Assembly (NCBI GenBank): GCA_022710645.1
Contig: JAKLGL010000001.1
Location: 20,614 to 84,613, forward strand
Direction: 5' to 3'
Source of the DNA: Patescibacteria group bacterium
GTDB taxonomy: Bacteria > Patescibacteriota > Patescibacteriia > Magasanikbacterales > GWA2-37-8
Length of the DNA: 64,000 bases
Below, in pieces: positions 25,945 through 36,189 of the stretch (position 1 is its first letter; each line of letters begins with the position of its first letter). A program made the position numbers and the translations under genes. A model generated the notes under the pieces. The model was given only the letters and a program-made list of their open reading frames with translations, was not told the DNA's origin and made no database searches.

Positions 25945-26994
25945 ATGTTAGATAAAATTTTTAACAAATTTAGAAAAGATATCGGTATAGATTTAGGGAC
26001 CGCCAACACCTTGCTTTATTTCAAAGGGCGAGGAATTGTGATTAATGAACCCAGTGTGGTAGCCGTCAACACCAAGACTGAACAGATTTTGGCCGTCGGT
26101 AACGAAGCCAAAGATATGATCGGAAAAACTCCGCCTCATATTTTAACCACCAAACCTCTGACCAATGGTATTATTTCCGATTTTGAAGTTACGGAAAAAA
26201 TGATTACTTACTATATTGAAAAAATTAATGCCGGTAGTGTGGGTTTTGTCGCGCGACCGAAAGTGGTTATTGGCGCCCCGCTTGATTTGACGGAAGTGGA
26301 ACGTAAAGCGGTGAGCGATGCTGTTTTAAATTCCGGAGCTTCCAAAGTTTTTATCGTGGAAGAACCGATGTTGGCGGCCATAGGTTCTCGTATGCCGGTA
26401 AAAGATCCTGTCGGTAATTTCATCATTGATATCGGCGGTGGAACTACTGAAATCGCGGTTATTTCTTTGTCGGGTATAGTCAAAAGCAAATCTATCAAAA
26501 TAGCCGGCGATGAATTTAATCAAAATATCATGCAATACGCTCGTGATAATTTCAATTTATTGGTCGGTGAAAGACAAGCCGAAGAAATTAAAATTAAAAT
26601 CGGTTCGGCTGTAGAATTGCCTGAAAGAATGGAATTTCCTATGCGCGGTCGCGATATGGTCACCGGGTTGCCTAAAGAAGTTATCATCAACGACAAACAG
26701 GTGCGTGAAGCTCTTTCTCGTTCGCTCAAAGCTATTATAGACGATATAAAAGCAACGGTGGAAATAACCCCGCCGGAACTTATTGCTGATATTCATGAGC
26801 GAGGGATTTTGCTTACCGGAGGTGGAGCTTTGTTGCGAGGTATTGACCAGTTGGTTTCTCGAGCCACGGAATTGCCGGTGCGTGTGGCTGATGATCCGCT
26901 AACGGCCGTGGTACGCGGTTGCGGTATGTTGCTCGATGATGAAGAATTGTTGCAAAACGTGGCGGTATTTCCGACTCAAGACAATATAGATTAA
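25945..26994 (+). CDS. mreB: rod shape-determining protein MreB
   Basis: Actin-like ATPase with 'IGIDLGTANTLLY', 'DIGGGTTEIAVIS' and 'LTGGGALLRGI'. Confidence 0.9.
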   Translation: MLDKIFNKFRKDIGIDLGTANTLLYFKGRGIVINEPSVVAVNTKTEQILAVGNEAKDMIGKTPPHILTTKPLTNGIISDFEVTEKMITYYIEKINAGSVGFVARPKVVIGAPLDLTEVERKAVSDAVLNSGASKVFIVEEPMLAAIGSRMPVKDPVGNFIIDIGGGTTEIAVISLSGIVKSKSIKIAGDEFNQNIMQYARDNFNLLVGERQAEEIKIKIGSAVELPERMEFPMRGRDMVTGLPKEVIINDKQVREALSRSLKAIIDDIKATVEITPPELIADIHERGILLTGGGALLRGIDQLVSRATELPVRVADDPLTAVVRGCGMLLDDEELLQNVAVFPTQDNID

Positions 26995-26998
26995 AATT

Positions 26999-27802
26999 AT
27001 GCGTAAAAGTAATTGGCAAAAAACGACTATTTTGATCGGGGGAATAATTTTATTCCTCGTTTTTTTTAATTATCTTGGCTGGTTTGATTTCGGAAAAAAA
27101 GTATTACGTCAATTATTTGTGCCGTTTATCAGACAAAGTGGCGATTTCAGTGTCAAAATAAAAGACGATTATGAATTTTTTCAAAATCGTGAACAATTTT
27201 TCAATGCTTATCGCGCCGCACAATTATCTTTGCAAAAAAAAGACGAGAACGAAGCAAAGCTGAAATTATTGGAAGAAGAGAATAGTGAATTAAAAAAACA
27301 ACTGGGATTTAAAGATAAAACACATTACAACGTCGTGTTGACCAAAGTTATAGGTAATAATTTGGAAGGAACGGAAAAAACCATCATTATTGACAGGGGA
27401 GAAAATGAAGGGATAAAAGTGGGGGATCCGGCGGTGGTGGACGAGGGTGTGTTGGTGGGAAAAGTTATTAAAACCGAAAAAGATATATCTATAATTCGGT
27501 TGCTTAGCGACAATCAAAGTAAAGTAGCCTCAACCATCATCAATCGTGAAAAAAGTTTGGGCGTGGTCGAAGGTGGTTATGGTTTGTCGGTAAAAATGAA
27601 CTTTATTCCTCGCAACGAAGTGGTGCAAATAGGTGATTTGGTGGTTACTTCCGGGTTGGAGGAAGATACGCCCCGAGGTTTACTCATCGGAAAAGTGGCG
27701 GCCATAGAAAACGAAGCTTACCAACCTTTTCAACAAGCCATATTGACTCCGAGCGCCGATTATAATCGTTTTGTTTATATTAGTATCATCTTAACGCAAT
27801 AA
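26999..27802 (+). CDS. mreC: rod shape-determining protein MreC
   Basis: N-terminal TM, a coiled-coil and a C-terminal beta-barrel with 'GDLVVTSGLEE...P.GLLIGKV'. It follows mreB. Confidence 0.8.
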   Translation: MRKSNWQKTTILIGGIILFLVFFNYLGWFDFGKKVLRQLFVPFIRQSGDFSVKIKDDYEFFQNREQFFNAYRAAQLSLQKKDENEAKLKLLEEENSELKKQLGFKDKTHYNVVLTKVIGNNLEGTEKTIIIDRGENEGIKVGDPAVVDEGVLVGKVIKTEKDISIIRLLSDNQSKVASTIINREKSLGVVEGGYGLSVKMNFIPRNEVVQIGDLVVTSGLEEDTPRGLLIGKVAAIENEAYQPFQQAILTPSADYNRFVYISIILTQ

Positions 27803-27804
27803 TT

Positions 27805-28341
27805 ATGTTTAAGTTGATAATGTCTTTTTTGTTTAAAGCTGTATTGTTGGCCGGAATTTTTATCGCGCATATTTGGGTAAACAATGTATTGCCTTATCCT
27901 TTTGAACATATTAATTTGATTTTTGCTTTTCTTTTTATTTATTTATTAACCGATGAAAACGCTCAGGCGCTATGGTATGCTCTGATTCTCGGCCTTTTTT
28001 TGGAACTTTTTGTTTCCGCTTCTTTTGGTGTGACGATGTTATCTCTTTATTTTTGTATTTTATCCACTTCTTGGCTTTTAACTTATTTTTTGACCAATCG
28101 CAGTTTTTATATCGTTACTTTGGCCGCCGCGATAAGTATGTTCATTTATAGGATTTATTTTTTGGGATTAAATTCTATTTTTAACTTTTTTTTCAAAAGA
28201 AATTTTTTATATACTTCGCGTACAGCCGCGGATTATGCCTATGAGATGGCTCTGACCGCGCTTTTTGTCATGTTGGTTTACCTGTTGCTGTCGCGCATCA
28301 TAAAAAAATTAAACCCGAAATATTTGGGAAAATATGAGTAA
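27805..28341 (+). CDS. mreD: rod shape-determining protein MreD (putative)
   Basis: Polytopic small membrane protein sitting immediately between mreC and PBP2. Confidence 0.55.
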   Translation: MFKLIMSFLFKAVLLAGIFIAHIWVNNVLPYPFEHINLIFAFLFIYLLTDENAQALWYALILGLFLELFVSASFGVTMLSLYFCILSTSWLLTYFLTNRSFYIVTLAAAISMFIYRIYFLGLNSIFNFFFKRNFLYTSRTAADYAYEMALTALFVMLVYLLLSRIIKKLNPKYLGKYE

Positions 28342-30304
28342 AGAAGTTTTTGAATTTTTTGATAAAAGCGAAGGTGATCTCAGTGGTAAATATCGTCAAA
28401 CTTGGGTGGAAGAATCTTTCAGTTTTGAACAACAAACCGGAAAACAAAGAATTTTTTCCGCTACCAAAGATCACCTCGGCCCCTCGTTAAACGCCAAAAA
28501 AATATTTTATTTTTTTCTGGCGATTGTTTTTGGTGTTTTAATTTTAGTTTCCCGAGTTTTATTTTTACAAGCTGTCAAAGGTGAAGAATACCGCTTGCTT
28601 GCGGAGAATAATCGCGCTCGTATTCGTCCTATTCCGGCGGAACGCGGTATTATCTATGATCGTTTTCAAACACAATTAGTGCAAAATATCCCCAGTTTTT
28701 CTCTTTCCATAGTTCCTCAAGATTTTCCCAAAGATAAAGAATTGGCAAAAAAAACCATGGAGCGATTATCTTTTATGACGGGAGTTAAACAAGAAGAAAT
28801 AGAACGTCTTTTGGAAAAATATGGTTCATACAGTTATGAATCTTTGGTAATAAAAGAAAATCTTGATTATGAAACAGCTCTCAAGCTCTATATTGAAAAC
28901 GCCGATTTACCGGGAATTCTGATAGAGAAAGGCACAAAAAGACTTTATTTGAATCGTGATCCTGCCGAAAAAGAAGGAACTTTGAGTTTATCTCATTTAC
29001 TCGGATATTTGGGTAAACTCAATGATGATGATTTGACGCGACTTAAAAGCAAAGGTTATTTAACTACGGATAATTTGGGGAAAGCGGGCATTGAAAAAAC
29101 TTACGAAGAAGTCTTGCGCGGAGTTTATGGGAAGAAAAAAGTGGAAGTGGACGCTTTGGGTAAAGAGCAAAATGTTTTAGCCGAAGAACCGCCGACTCCG
29201 GGAAAAAATCTGGTTTTATCGCTTGATGCGCAGGCTCAAGTTAAATTGGAAAAATTATTAAGCGCACAATTAAAGAAAATAGGTAAAAGTAAAGGATCAG
29301 CTATAGCTATGAATCCGGAGACTGGAGAAATTTTGGCTATGGTTTCTTTACCGTCTTTTGATAATAATGATTTCTCCGGCGGTATTTCCACAGAACGATA
29401 TCGTCAATATCTTTATGACAAAAACAAACCTTTGTTTAATCGCGCTATCGGCGGCGCTTATCCTTCCGGTTCAACCGCCAAATTGGTGGTAGCGGCCGCA
29501 GCTTTGCAAGAACATGTAGTTTCTCGCACTACGGCTTTTCTTTCTACCGGAGGATTGGAAGTCGGAAATTGGTTTTTCAAAGATTGGCAAGCCGGAGGTC
29601 ATGGTATAACCAACGTGGTCAAAGCACTAGCCTGGTCGGTAAATACTTTCTTTTATTATGTAGGCGGCGGGTATAATAATTTCTCCGGTTTGGGAGCGGA
29701 CAAGATTATTCAATATATGAAAGAGTTTAATCTTGGAAAAAGCACAGGCATAGATTTACCAGGAGAAAATACCGGTTTTGTTCCGAGTAAACAATGGAAA
29801 CAAGAAACTAAAAATGAACGCTGGTATGTCGGAGATACATACAATCTGGCTATCGGGCAAGGGGATTTATTGGTGACTCCGTTGCAAGTAGCAGTTTGGA
29901 CCGGAGCGGTTGCTAATGGAGGTAAAGTGATAAAACCTCATCTGGCAAAATATGTTGTCGATACTTCCGAAAAAACAGCTTATGAAATTTCCACACAAGT
30001 CATCAATAGTGGATTTGTCTCTGAAAATAATATCAATATTGTTCGTGAAGGTATGCGTGAATGCGTGAAAACCGGCAGTTGTAAATTGTTGAATTCTTTG
30101 CCATTTTTGGCGGCTGGCAAAACCGGAACCGCTCAATGGAGTAAAAAAGCCGATCCGCACGCTTGGTTTACGGGTTTTGCGCCATATAATAACCCCAAAA
30201 TCGTCATTACTGTGCTTATAGAGGAGGGAAAAGAGGGTTCTACAGCCGCCATGCCGGTAGCCAACGAATTCTTACGTTGGTGGGGTCAAAAATACTTGAA
30301 ATAA
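28334..30304 (+). CDS. mrdA: penicillin-binding protein 2 (elongation transpeptidase)
   Basis: N-terminal TM and a PBP dimerisation domain. Transpeptidase motifs include 'SGSTAK' and 'KTGTAQ'. It sits in the mre context. Confidence 0.85.
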   Translation: MSKEVFEFFDKSEGDLSGKYRQTWVEESFSFEQQTGKQRIFSATKDHLGPSLNAKKIFYFFLAIVFGVLILVSRVLFLQAVKGEEYRLLAENNRARIRPIPAERGIIYDRFQTQLVQNIPSFSLSIVPQDFPKDKELAKKTMERLSFMTGVKQEEIERLLEKYGSYSYESLVIKENLDYETALKLYIENADLPGILIEKGTKRLYLNRDPAEKEGTLSLSHLLGYLGKLNDDDLTRLKSKGYLTTDNLGKAGIEKTYEEVLRGVYGKKKVEVDALGKEQNVLAEEPPTPGKNLVLSLDAQAQVKLEKLLSAQLKKIGKSKGSAIAMNPETGEILAMVSLPSFDNNDFSGGISTERYRQYLYDKNKPLFNRAIGGAYPSGSTAKLVVAAAALQEHVVSRTTAFLSTGGLEVGNWFFKDWQAGGHGITNVVKALAWSVNTFFYYVGGGYNNFSGLGADKIIQYMKEFNLGKSTGIDLPGENTGFVPSKQWKQETKNERWYVGDTYNLAIGQGDLLVTPLQVAVWTGAVANGGKVIKPHLAKYVVDTSEKTAYEISTQVINSGFVSENNINIVREGMRECVKTGSCKLLNSLPFLAAGKTGTAQWSKKADPHAWFTGFAPYNNPKIVITVLIEEGKEGSTAAMPVANEFLRWWGQKYLK

Positions 30305-30319
30305 TGCTATAATATATCC

Positions 30320-31045
30320 ATGTCCTATTATAATACTTATCTCAAAAAATTGAACTCTGTCTGTAAACGGAAAAAACTTGATTTGATAGAAATCGGTAGA
30401 GTTGGATTTAAAAAAGAATATCCGATTTATAAAATCGTTATCAATCCGCTTAAAAAGGGGAGAGTTGTTTGTTTTTCCGCCGGAATTCACGGATATGAAA
30501 TCGCCGGACCTTGGGCGGTTTTGGAATTTTTGAAAAAACTGAATGTTGAAAAATTAAAAAACAAACTAATCATTTTTCCAGTTGCCAATCCGTCCGGCTT
30601 TGACAAAAACATAAGACATAATTGGCAAAGAAAAAATCTGAACGCTTTATTTTGCAGTAAAAAAATGCCGGAAGAAAATAAAATTTTGTTGAATGCCTTA
30701 AAAAATGAAAAGGTACGCTTTTTCCACGCTTTACATGAAGATGTAGAAGAAAAATCTTTTTATCTGTATAATTTTGAGAAAAAGCCGGAGAAAATTTATC
30801 GTGATATTATCAAGCTTGCCAAAAAATACTTTCCAATAAATTTGGCAAAAGAAATTTATGGTGATAAATCTGTCGGAGGATTAATAATTAATCGAGCAGA
30901 TGGTTCTTTTGAAGATAGATTGTTTCGCGAAGGCACGCCATATAGTATGTGTACGGAAACTCCGGGAAAACACTCTCTTAAAAAACGCGTTGAATTAAGT
31001 GTAGTAATAATGGAAAAAGTGATTAAATTTATTAATAAAAAATAA
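30320..31045 (+). CDS. M14-family zinc carboxypeptidase-like protein (MpaA / succinylglutamate-desuccinylase-aspartoacylase superfamily)
   Basis: 'FSAGIHGYEIAG' is the HxxE zinc motif, and 'FHALHEDVE' holds a second His. Adjacent to PBP2. Confidence 0.5.
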   Translation: MSYYNTYLKKLNSVCKRKKLDLIEIGRVGFKKEYPIYKIVINPLKKGRVVCFSAGIHGYEIAGPWAVLEFLKKLNVEKLKNKLIIFPVANPSGFDKNIRHNWQRKNLNALFCSKKMPEENKILLNALKNEKVRFFHALHEDVEEKSFYLYNFEKKPEKIYRDIIKLAKKYFPINLAKEIYGDKSVGGLIINRADGSFEDRLFREGTPYSMCTETPGKHSLKKRVELSVVIMEKVIKFINKK

Positions 31046-31054
31046 ATAATTGTT

Positions 31055-31315
31055 ATGACTTTAAATGAATCATTTAAAAAAGCGGAAGAAATATTAGGCC
31101 CAACCAAAAAAGACATTGATACTGCAATTTTAAGTTTACAAGAATCTGCTACTAAAATTTGGCAGGCTGTGGAAAATGATCAAAAAGACAAAATAAATAC
31201 TCGCGCGGCGAACGCTTTGATTTCTGTATTTTATGTTATGCGTGAACTTGGAATTAATGATCCGGAAAATTGTTTGTCCATGAGATTTGAAGAAATTAAA
31301 AACGAAAATAAATAA
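31055..31315 (+). CDS. hypothetical small protein
   Basis: 86 aa with no diagnostic motif. Confidence 0.35.
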   Translation: MTLNESFKKAEEILGPTKKDIDTAILSLQESATKIWQAVENDQKDKINTRAANALISVFYVMRELGINDPENCLSMRFEEIKNENK

Positions 31316-31317
31316 TA

Positions 31318-31676
31318 TGATTAATATAAGTCCCATTAAAAAAATCATTGAAAATAACGCCGTGGCTTTTGCAACAGTTAATAGATTTGGCAAGCCGAAT
31401 GTTATCGGTACGGCCTGTCTTAAAGTTGTATCCAAAAATCAGGTTTTGATTACCGACAATTACATGAAACAAACAAAAGCCAATATAATGAAAAATAATA
31501 ATGTTTGTTTGGCGGTTTGGGATAAAAATTGGAAGGGCTTTAAAATTATCGGTAAAGCCAATTACTATTCCGTCGGCAAATGGAAAGAATTTGTTAAGGA
31601 AATGCCGGAAAACAAGGGAATGCCAGCCAAAGGCGCCATAATTATTACCGTTTCCAAAATAATTAAACTTGGATAA
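31318..31676 (+). CDS. pyridoxamine 5'-phosphate oxidase-like FMN-binding (split-barrel) protein
   Basis: 'AVAFATVNRFGKPNV...VCLAVWD' is typical of the PNPOx-like family. Start at MINISP. Confidence 0.6.
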
Positions 31677-31775
31677 AATAATATAATTTTTAACTTCATT
31701 GGTAAATTTAAACATCCCGATAAAACTACGGGGTGTTTTTTTTGGCTAATATTAGTACAAACCCTCATTAAACTA

Positions 31776-31804
31776 TTGACAAATTACCATTTTTGTGCTA
31801 TAAT
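31776..31804 (+). promoter_or_regulatory. consensus sigma70 promoter TTGACA-17-TATAAT
   Basis: Exact consensus hexamers with a 17-nt spacer. It lies upstream of the GC-rich 290-aa gene, whose RBS is AAGAGGTG. Confidence 0.6.
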
Positions 31805-31863
31805 CAACGGTTATTTCAAAATAACACAGTTCTTTTTATAAACAGTCCAAAAAGAGGTGTCTC

Positions 31864-32736
31864 ATGAACAACCAGAGCATTCAAAACCTGGAAAATCTTT
31901 TCCGGGAGGAACTTTCGAAGATGAATCTCGACGGCCGGCTCATGGATGAAAATCTGTGCGCTTTACTTAGCAACCAGGAGGAGGTTCGGAAAGAAATTGT
32001 CTATACCTTACTCAAACACCGGTTCTGCACGAAGTTCGGCTATGACCGCGAATACTTGGCCATAGTCAACAAAGATCACGAACAGCAGGTTGAATTGGGA
32101 AAGAAGAGGCTGGAAATGGTTCTTACATATTTCCCCGAACTCAAATTCGTCGACAACCATATCTTCGACCGACCGCTGGGGCTGGCCGAAGGTTACTTCG
32201 TCTTCCCTAAATGGGAAAAAATCGCGGGTTCGCCTTCCGTCGCGGCAAAGCGGATCGATGTCGTGTTGGAGGAAACCAAGCAAGCCAGTTGCTGTTCCTT
32301 CCATAATCTCGAACTCCGAGTCAACGAGAGAACCAGGGAGATGTACAAGAAACTGTGCGAACAGCAAAAAGGCGATGTTCTCATCGTGCCCGCACAACTG
32401 GGTGGAAAGCATCGTGACATTTCCGTCGTATCGGCCAGAGACAAATTCGCCGACAACGAGTTCGGTCTTATGCTCTACATGGGTGGCCTTTCCATGCTCA
32501 CCACTCCCGAACTGACAAAGCCCGCGACTCTTTTTCTGAACTATTATATCTGCTGCGGGGAAAATTATCTGGACGGAGAGATGGGCCTCAACTCCTGGAA
32601 CCACTCGCCGATATATTTCCAGCAGGAAATGGGCGGCAGACTCAGGATGACCCTGGGAGGAATTGCCCACGAAATTTCCAAAAACGGCGATTATCATGAA
32701 CGCTACGGCTGTATGACTGGATTTGTCCCGGAATAA
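31864..32736 (+). CDS. hypothetical protein (290 aa) on a GC-rich island
   Basis: GC is above 50% against a background near 35%. It has a dedicated consensus promoter and a strong terminator at 32763-32791. No motif recognised. Confidence 0.55.
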   Translation: MNNQSIQNLENLFREELSKMNLDGRLMDENLCALLSNQEEVRKEIVYTLLKHRFCTKFGYDREYLAIVNKDHEQQVELGKKRLEMVLTYFPELKFVDNHIFDRPLGLAEGYFVFPKWEKIAGSPSVAAKRIDVVLEETKQASCCSFHNLELRVNERTREMYKKLCEQQKGDVLIVPAQLGGKHRDISVVSARDKFADNEFGLMLYMGGLSMLTTPELTKPATLFLNYYICCGENYLDGEMGLNSWNHSPIYFQQEMGGRLRMTLGGIAHEISKNGDYHERYGCMTGFVPE

Positions 32737-32762
32737 TATCTCGCCCGGACTGTTTTTCCAAA

Positions 32763-32791
32763 GGGCATTCGCAAACGGATGCCCTTTTTTT
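32763..32791 (+). terminator. intrinsic terminator (gggcat...atgccc followed by T8)
   Basis: Read from the sequence. The next promoter, TTGACA-17-TACAAT at 32793-32821, follows immediately. Confidence 0.6.
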
Positions 32792-32887
32792 CTTGACACT
32801 GTTTTATTAAAAAGGTACAATAAAATAAACATATTCCGAAAACTTTCGGAATCTTATTTTTTACTAAAATTGAATTTAAAAAGAAAT

Positions 32888-33352
32888 ATGGCGGACAAAA
32901 TCCACTATTTAAGCAAAGAAAGTTTGGAAGCTCTGAAAAAAGAGTATGATGATGTCAAATACAATCAAATTCCCGCTGTAGCCAACAAAATAAATGAGGC
33001 TAAACAACAGGGTGATTTGTCTGAAAATGCCGAATATCATCAAGCCAAAGAAGAAATGGCCTGGGCGCAAGGTCGTCTTTTGGAATTGGACACAATAATC
33101 AACAACGCTCAGATCATAGAAAAAGAAAAAACCGGAGGAAAAATCGAAATAGGCAGTACGGTAAAAATAAAAATAAATAACACGGAAAAAACCTATCAAA
33201 TTGTCGGGGCTCAAGAAGCCGACCCTCTAAACGGCAAGATTTCCAATGAATCACCGCTTGGAAACGCTTTTTTGGGACATAAAGCCGGCGATAAAGTGGA
33301 AGTTCGCACACCAGCGGGTTTGCAAAATTACGAGATAAAAGAGGTTATTTAA
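32888..33352 (+). CDS. greA: transcription elongation factor GreA
   Basis: N-terminal coiled-coil 'LSKESLEALKKEYDDVKY...GDLSENAEYHQAKEEMAWAQGRLLEL' and a C-terminal FKBP-like domain. Start at MADKIHY. Confidence 0.85.
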   Translation: MADKIHYLSKESLEALKKEYDDVKYNQIPAVANKINEAKQQGDLSENAEYHQAKEEMAWAQGRLLELDTIINNAQIIEKEKTGGKIEIGSTVKIKINNTEKTYQIVGAQEADPLNGKISNESPLGNAFLGHKAGDKVEVRTPAGLQNYEIKEVI

Positions 33353-33452
33353 TACGAAATACCAGGAATCCCGTCTTTAACAGGCGGGATTCTTTACTTT
33401 TTGGGCAATTTTAGCTATAATTTTATTATAAAAATATAATTAAAATTTCAAT

Positions 33453-34919
33453 ATGACTGATAAAAATTTAAGCGAAGAAGCGGTCCGAACAGGCCGACTT
33501 GAAGAACTACAGCAACAAGGCATAAATCCTTATCCGAGTTCATGTAAAATGTCTCATTCTATCGCAGAGGCCAGAGCTTTGCCTATGGATAGTACTGTTA
33601 CATTGGTCGGTCGTTTAGTCGGCAGACGTGAAATGGGGAAATTGTGTTTCGCTCATTTGAAAGATTTTAGCGATAAAATTCAATTGGCCATATCGGAAAA
33701 AGATTTGGGTAAAGAAAAATTTAAATTTTTTACCAAAAATTTTGATATTGGTGATTTTCTAGAAATAACCGGGAAAATATTCACCACGCACAAAGGTGAG
33801 GTTTCTGTTTTAGTTGAAGAATACAGGCTTTTAACCAAAGCTTTATTGCCGATGCCGGAAAAATTTCACGGATTAAACGATATTGAAGTGCGCTACAGAC
33901 AACGTTATTTGGATTTATTGGCTAATGAAGAATCCATGAAGATTGCGATTGCTCGCAGTTTGCTGGTCAAAGAATTACGTAATTATTTCAATGAATTGGG
34001 TTTTTATGAAGTGGAAACTCCGATTTTGCAATCACTTTACGGAGGAGCCAACGCCAAACCTTTTACTACACATCATAATGCGCTCGGAGCGGATTTATAT
34101 TTACGTATCGCTCCGGAACTTTATTTAAAAAGATTGATTGTCGGTGGTTTTGAAAAAGTTTATGAAATCGCCAAATGTTTTCGCAATGAAGGTATAGACA
34201 ACAACCATAATCCGGAATTTACACAAATAGAATTTTATTGGGCTTATGCCAACTATCAAGATTTGATGAAATTGATGGAAGATTTATTGCCGAGACTTAT
34301 TAAAGCGATGAATTTACCGCTCAAGATGACTATTGGGGAGCAAGAAGTGGATTTTACTCCGCCTTATTCACGTTTAACCATGAGGGAAATCATTAAACAA
34401 TACGTCAAAATAGATATCGAGGATTATCCGGATCAAGCCTCTCTTTTCAAAAAAGCCGTTGAACTCAAAGTGGAAGGGATAGATAAAAATACCGGCCGAG
34501 GAAAATTGATTGATGAAATTTATAAAACTTACGCCAGACCGAAAATCATTAATCCTGTTTTTATGATTGATCATCCGGTAGAACTATCTCCTTTGGCTAA
34601 ACGCAAAACTGATAATCCAAATTATGCGGAAAGAATGCAATTGGTTTGTGTCGGTGGTAATGAATTGTGTAACGCTTTTTCCGAGCTTAATGATCCGCTT
34701 GATCAAGAAGCTCGTTTCAAAGAACAAGAAAAACTTCGTACAGCAGGGGATGATGAAGGTATGCGATATGATGCAGATTTTATCACCGCGCTCAAACACG
34801 GTATGCCGCCGACTGCCGGACTTGGTATGGGAATTGATCGTTTGGTAAAACTCCTGATGAACACCGACAATCTCAAAGAAGTGATTTTATTTCCCACTTT
34901 AAAACCTGAAGAAAAATAA
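33453..34919 (+). CDS. lysS: lysyl-tRNA synthetase (class II)
   Basis: OB-fold N-domain and class II motifs ('FRNEGID...', 'GMGIDRLVKLL'). Confidence 0.9.
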   Translation: MTDKNLSEEAVRTGRLEELQQQGINPYPSSCKMSHSIAEARALPMDSTVTLVGRLVGRREMGKLCFAHLKDFSDKIQLAISEKDLGKEKFKFFTKNFDIGDFLEITGKIFTTHKGEVSVLVEEYRLLTKALLPMPEKFHGLNDIEVRYRQRYLDLLANEESMKIAIARSLLVKELRNYFNELGFYEVETPILQSLYGGANAKPFTTHHNALGADLYLRIAPELYLKRLIVGGFEKVYEIAKCFRNEGIDNNHNPEFTQIEFYWAYANYQDLMKLMEDLLPRLIKAMNLPLKMTIGEQEVDFTPPYSRLTMREIIKQYVKIDIEDYPDQASLFKKAVELKVEGIDKNTGRGKLIDEIYKTYARPKIINPVFMIDHPVELSPLAKRKTDNPNYAERMQLVCVGGNELCNAFSELNDPLDQEARFKEQEKLRTAGDDEGMRYDADFITALKHGMPPTAGLGMGIDRLVKLLMNTDNLKEVILFPTLKPEEK

Positions 34920-34929
34920 TTTTTAAAAT

Positions 34930-36186
34930 ATGTTAGACATTAAATTCATTCGCGAAAATAAAGAATTGGTAAAACAAAATTGTCTTGACCGTCGTGCCAA
35001 AGCCGATATTGATTTGGTTTTATCTCTTGACGAAGCAAGAAAAAATTTATTGAAACAAGCGGAGGAATTACGCGGTTTACGCAACGCAAAATCCAAAGGC
35101 AAACCTACGGATGAAGAAATCGCGAAAATGCGCGAGGTGGGGGATAATATCGCAAAAATTGAAAAAGAATTAGGAGAAGTGGAAAAAAGATATTTGGAAG
35201 AAATGATGAAAATTCCCAATTTGACTCATCCGGAATCTCCGATTGGTGAAGAAGCTGATTTCAAAATAGTTTATAAAAATTTCGAACCGAAAGATTTTTC
35301 TTTCAAACCGCTTGATCACGAAGAATTGATGATCAAAAATGATTTGATAGATTTTGAAAGAGCCACCAAAACCAGCGGGGCTAAATTTTATTTTTTAAAA
35401 AATAATCTGGTTCGCCTGAATCAAGCGTTATTGAATTATGGTATGGATATTGCCGTGAAACACAGCTTTGTTTTATTGGAAACCCCGGACATGGCCAAAA
35501 ATGAAATTTTGCAAGGTATAGGTTTCAATCCGAGAAGCGGGGAAGAAACTCAGATTTATTCCATAGAAAATTCTGATTTGAGTTTGATAGGCACGGCGGA
35601 AATTACCGTCGGAGGATATCATTCCAACGAAATTTTGGATTTGAAAGACGGACCGAAAAAATACATCGCTTTATCTCATTGTTTTCGCACCGAGGCCGGA
35701 GCTTATGGTAAAACCAGCAAAGGACTTTATCGCGTTCATCAATTCACCAAATTGGAAATGTTTGTCTTTTGTAAACCGGAAGACAGTGAAAAATATCATG
35801 CAGAAATTTTGAAAGTAGAAAAAGAAATTATGGACGGATTGGAAATTCCGTATCAAGTCATAGATATTGCCAGTGCCGATTTGGGCGGTCCCGCTTATCG
35901 CAAATTTGATATAGAAGGGTATATGATTATGAAAGGCGACGATAAACATCAAGGTGGTTATGGAGAACTGACATCTTGTTCCAACTGTACCGATTATCAA
36001 GCCAGACGATTGAATATCAAATATAAAAAAGATGACGGTTCCAACGCCTTTGTACACACGTTAAACGGCACTGCCGTAGTACTAAGTCGTTTTCCGATAG
36101 TTATAGCGGAAAATCATCAACAAGCGGACGGAACTATAGAAGTGCCGAAAGCTCTCCAAAAATATTGCGGATTCAAAAAAATATAA
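34930..36186 (+). CDS. serS: seryl-tRNA synthetase
   Basis: N-terminal coiled-coil arm 'MLDIKFIREN' and class II catalytic motifs ('FRTEAG', 'TLNGTAVV.SR'). Confidence 0.9.
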   Translation: MLDIKFIRENKELVKQNCLDRRAKADIDLVLSLDEARKNLLKQAEELRGLRNAKSKGKPTDEEIAKMREVGDNIAKIEKELGEVEKRYLEEMMKIPNLTHPESPIGEEADFKIVYKNFEPKDFSFKPLDHEELMIKNDLIDFERATKTSGAKFYFLKNNLVRLNQALLNYGMDIAVKHSFVLLETPDMAKNEILQGIGFNPRSGEETQIYSIENSDLSLIGTAEITVGGYHSNEILDLKDGPKKYIALSHCFRTEAGAYGKTSKGLYRVHQFTKLEMFVFCKPEDSEKYHAEILKVEKEIMDGLEIPYQVIDIASADLGGPAYRKFDIEGYMIMKGDDKHQGGYGELTSCSNCTDYQARRLNIKYKKDDGSNAFVHTLNGTAVVLSRFPIVIAENHQQADGTIEVPKALQKYCGFKKI

Positions 36187-36189
36187 TTT

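Noticed and set aside
32008-32832. 274-aa minus-strand ORF antisense to the GC-rich 290-aa gene
   Set aside because: It runs through the plus-strand terminator hairpin and has no promoter or RBS. Long antisense ORFs are expected in GC-rich DNA. The plus-strand gene has a consensus promoter, RBS and terminator.
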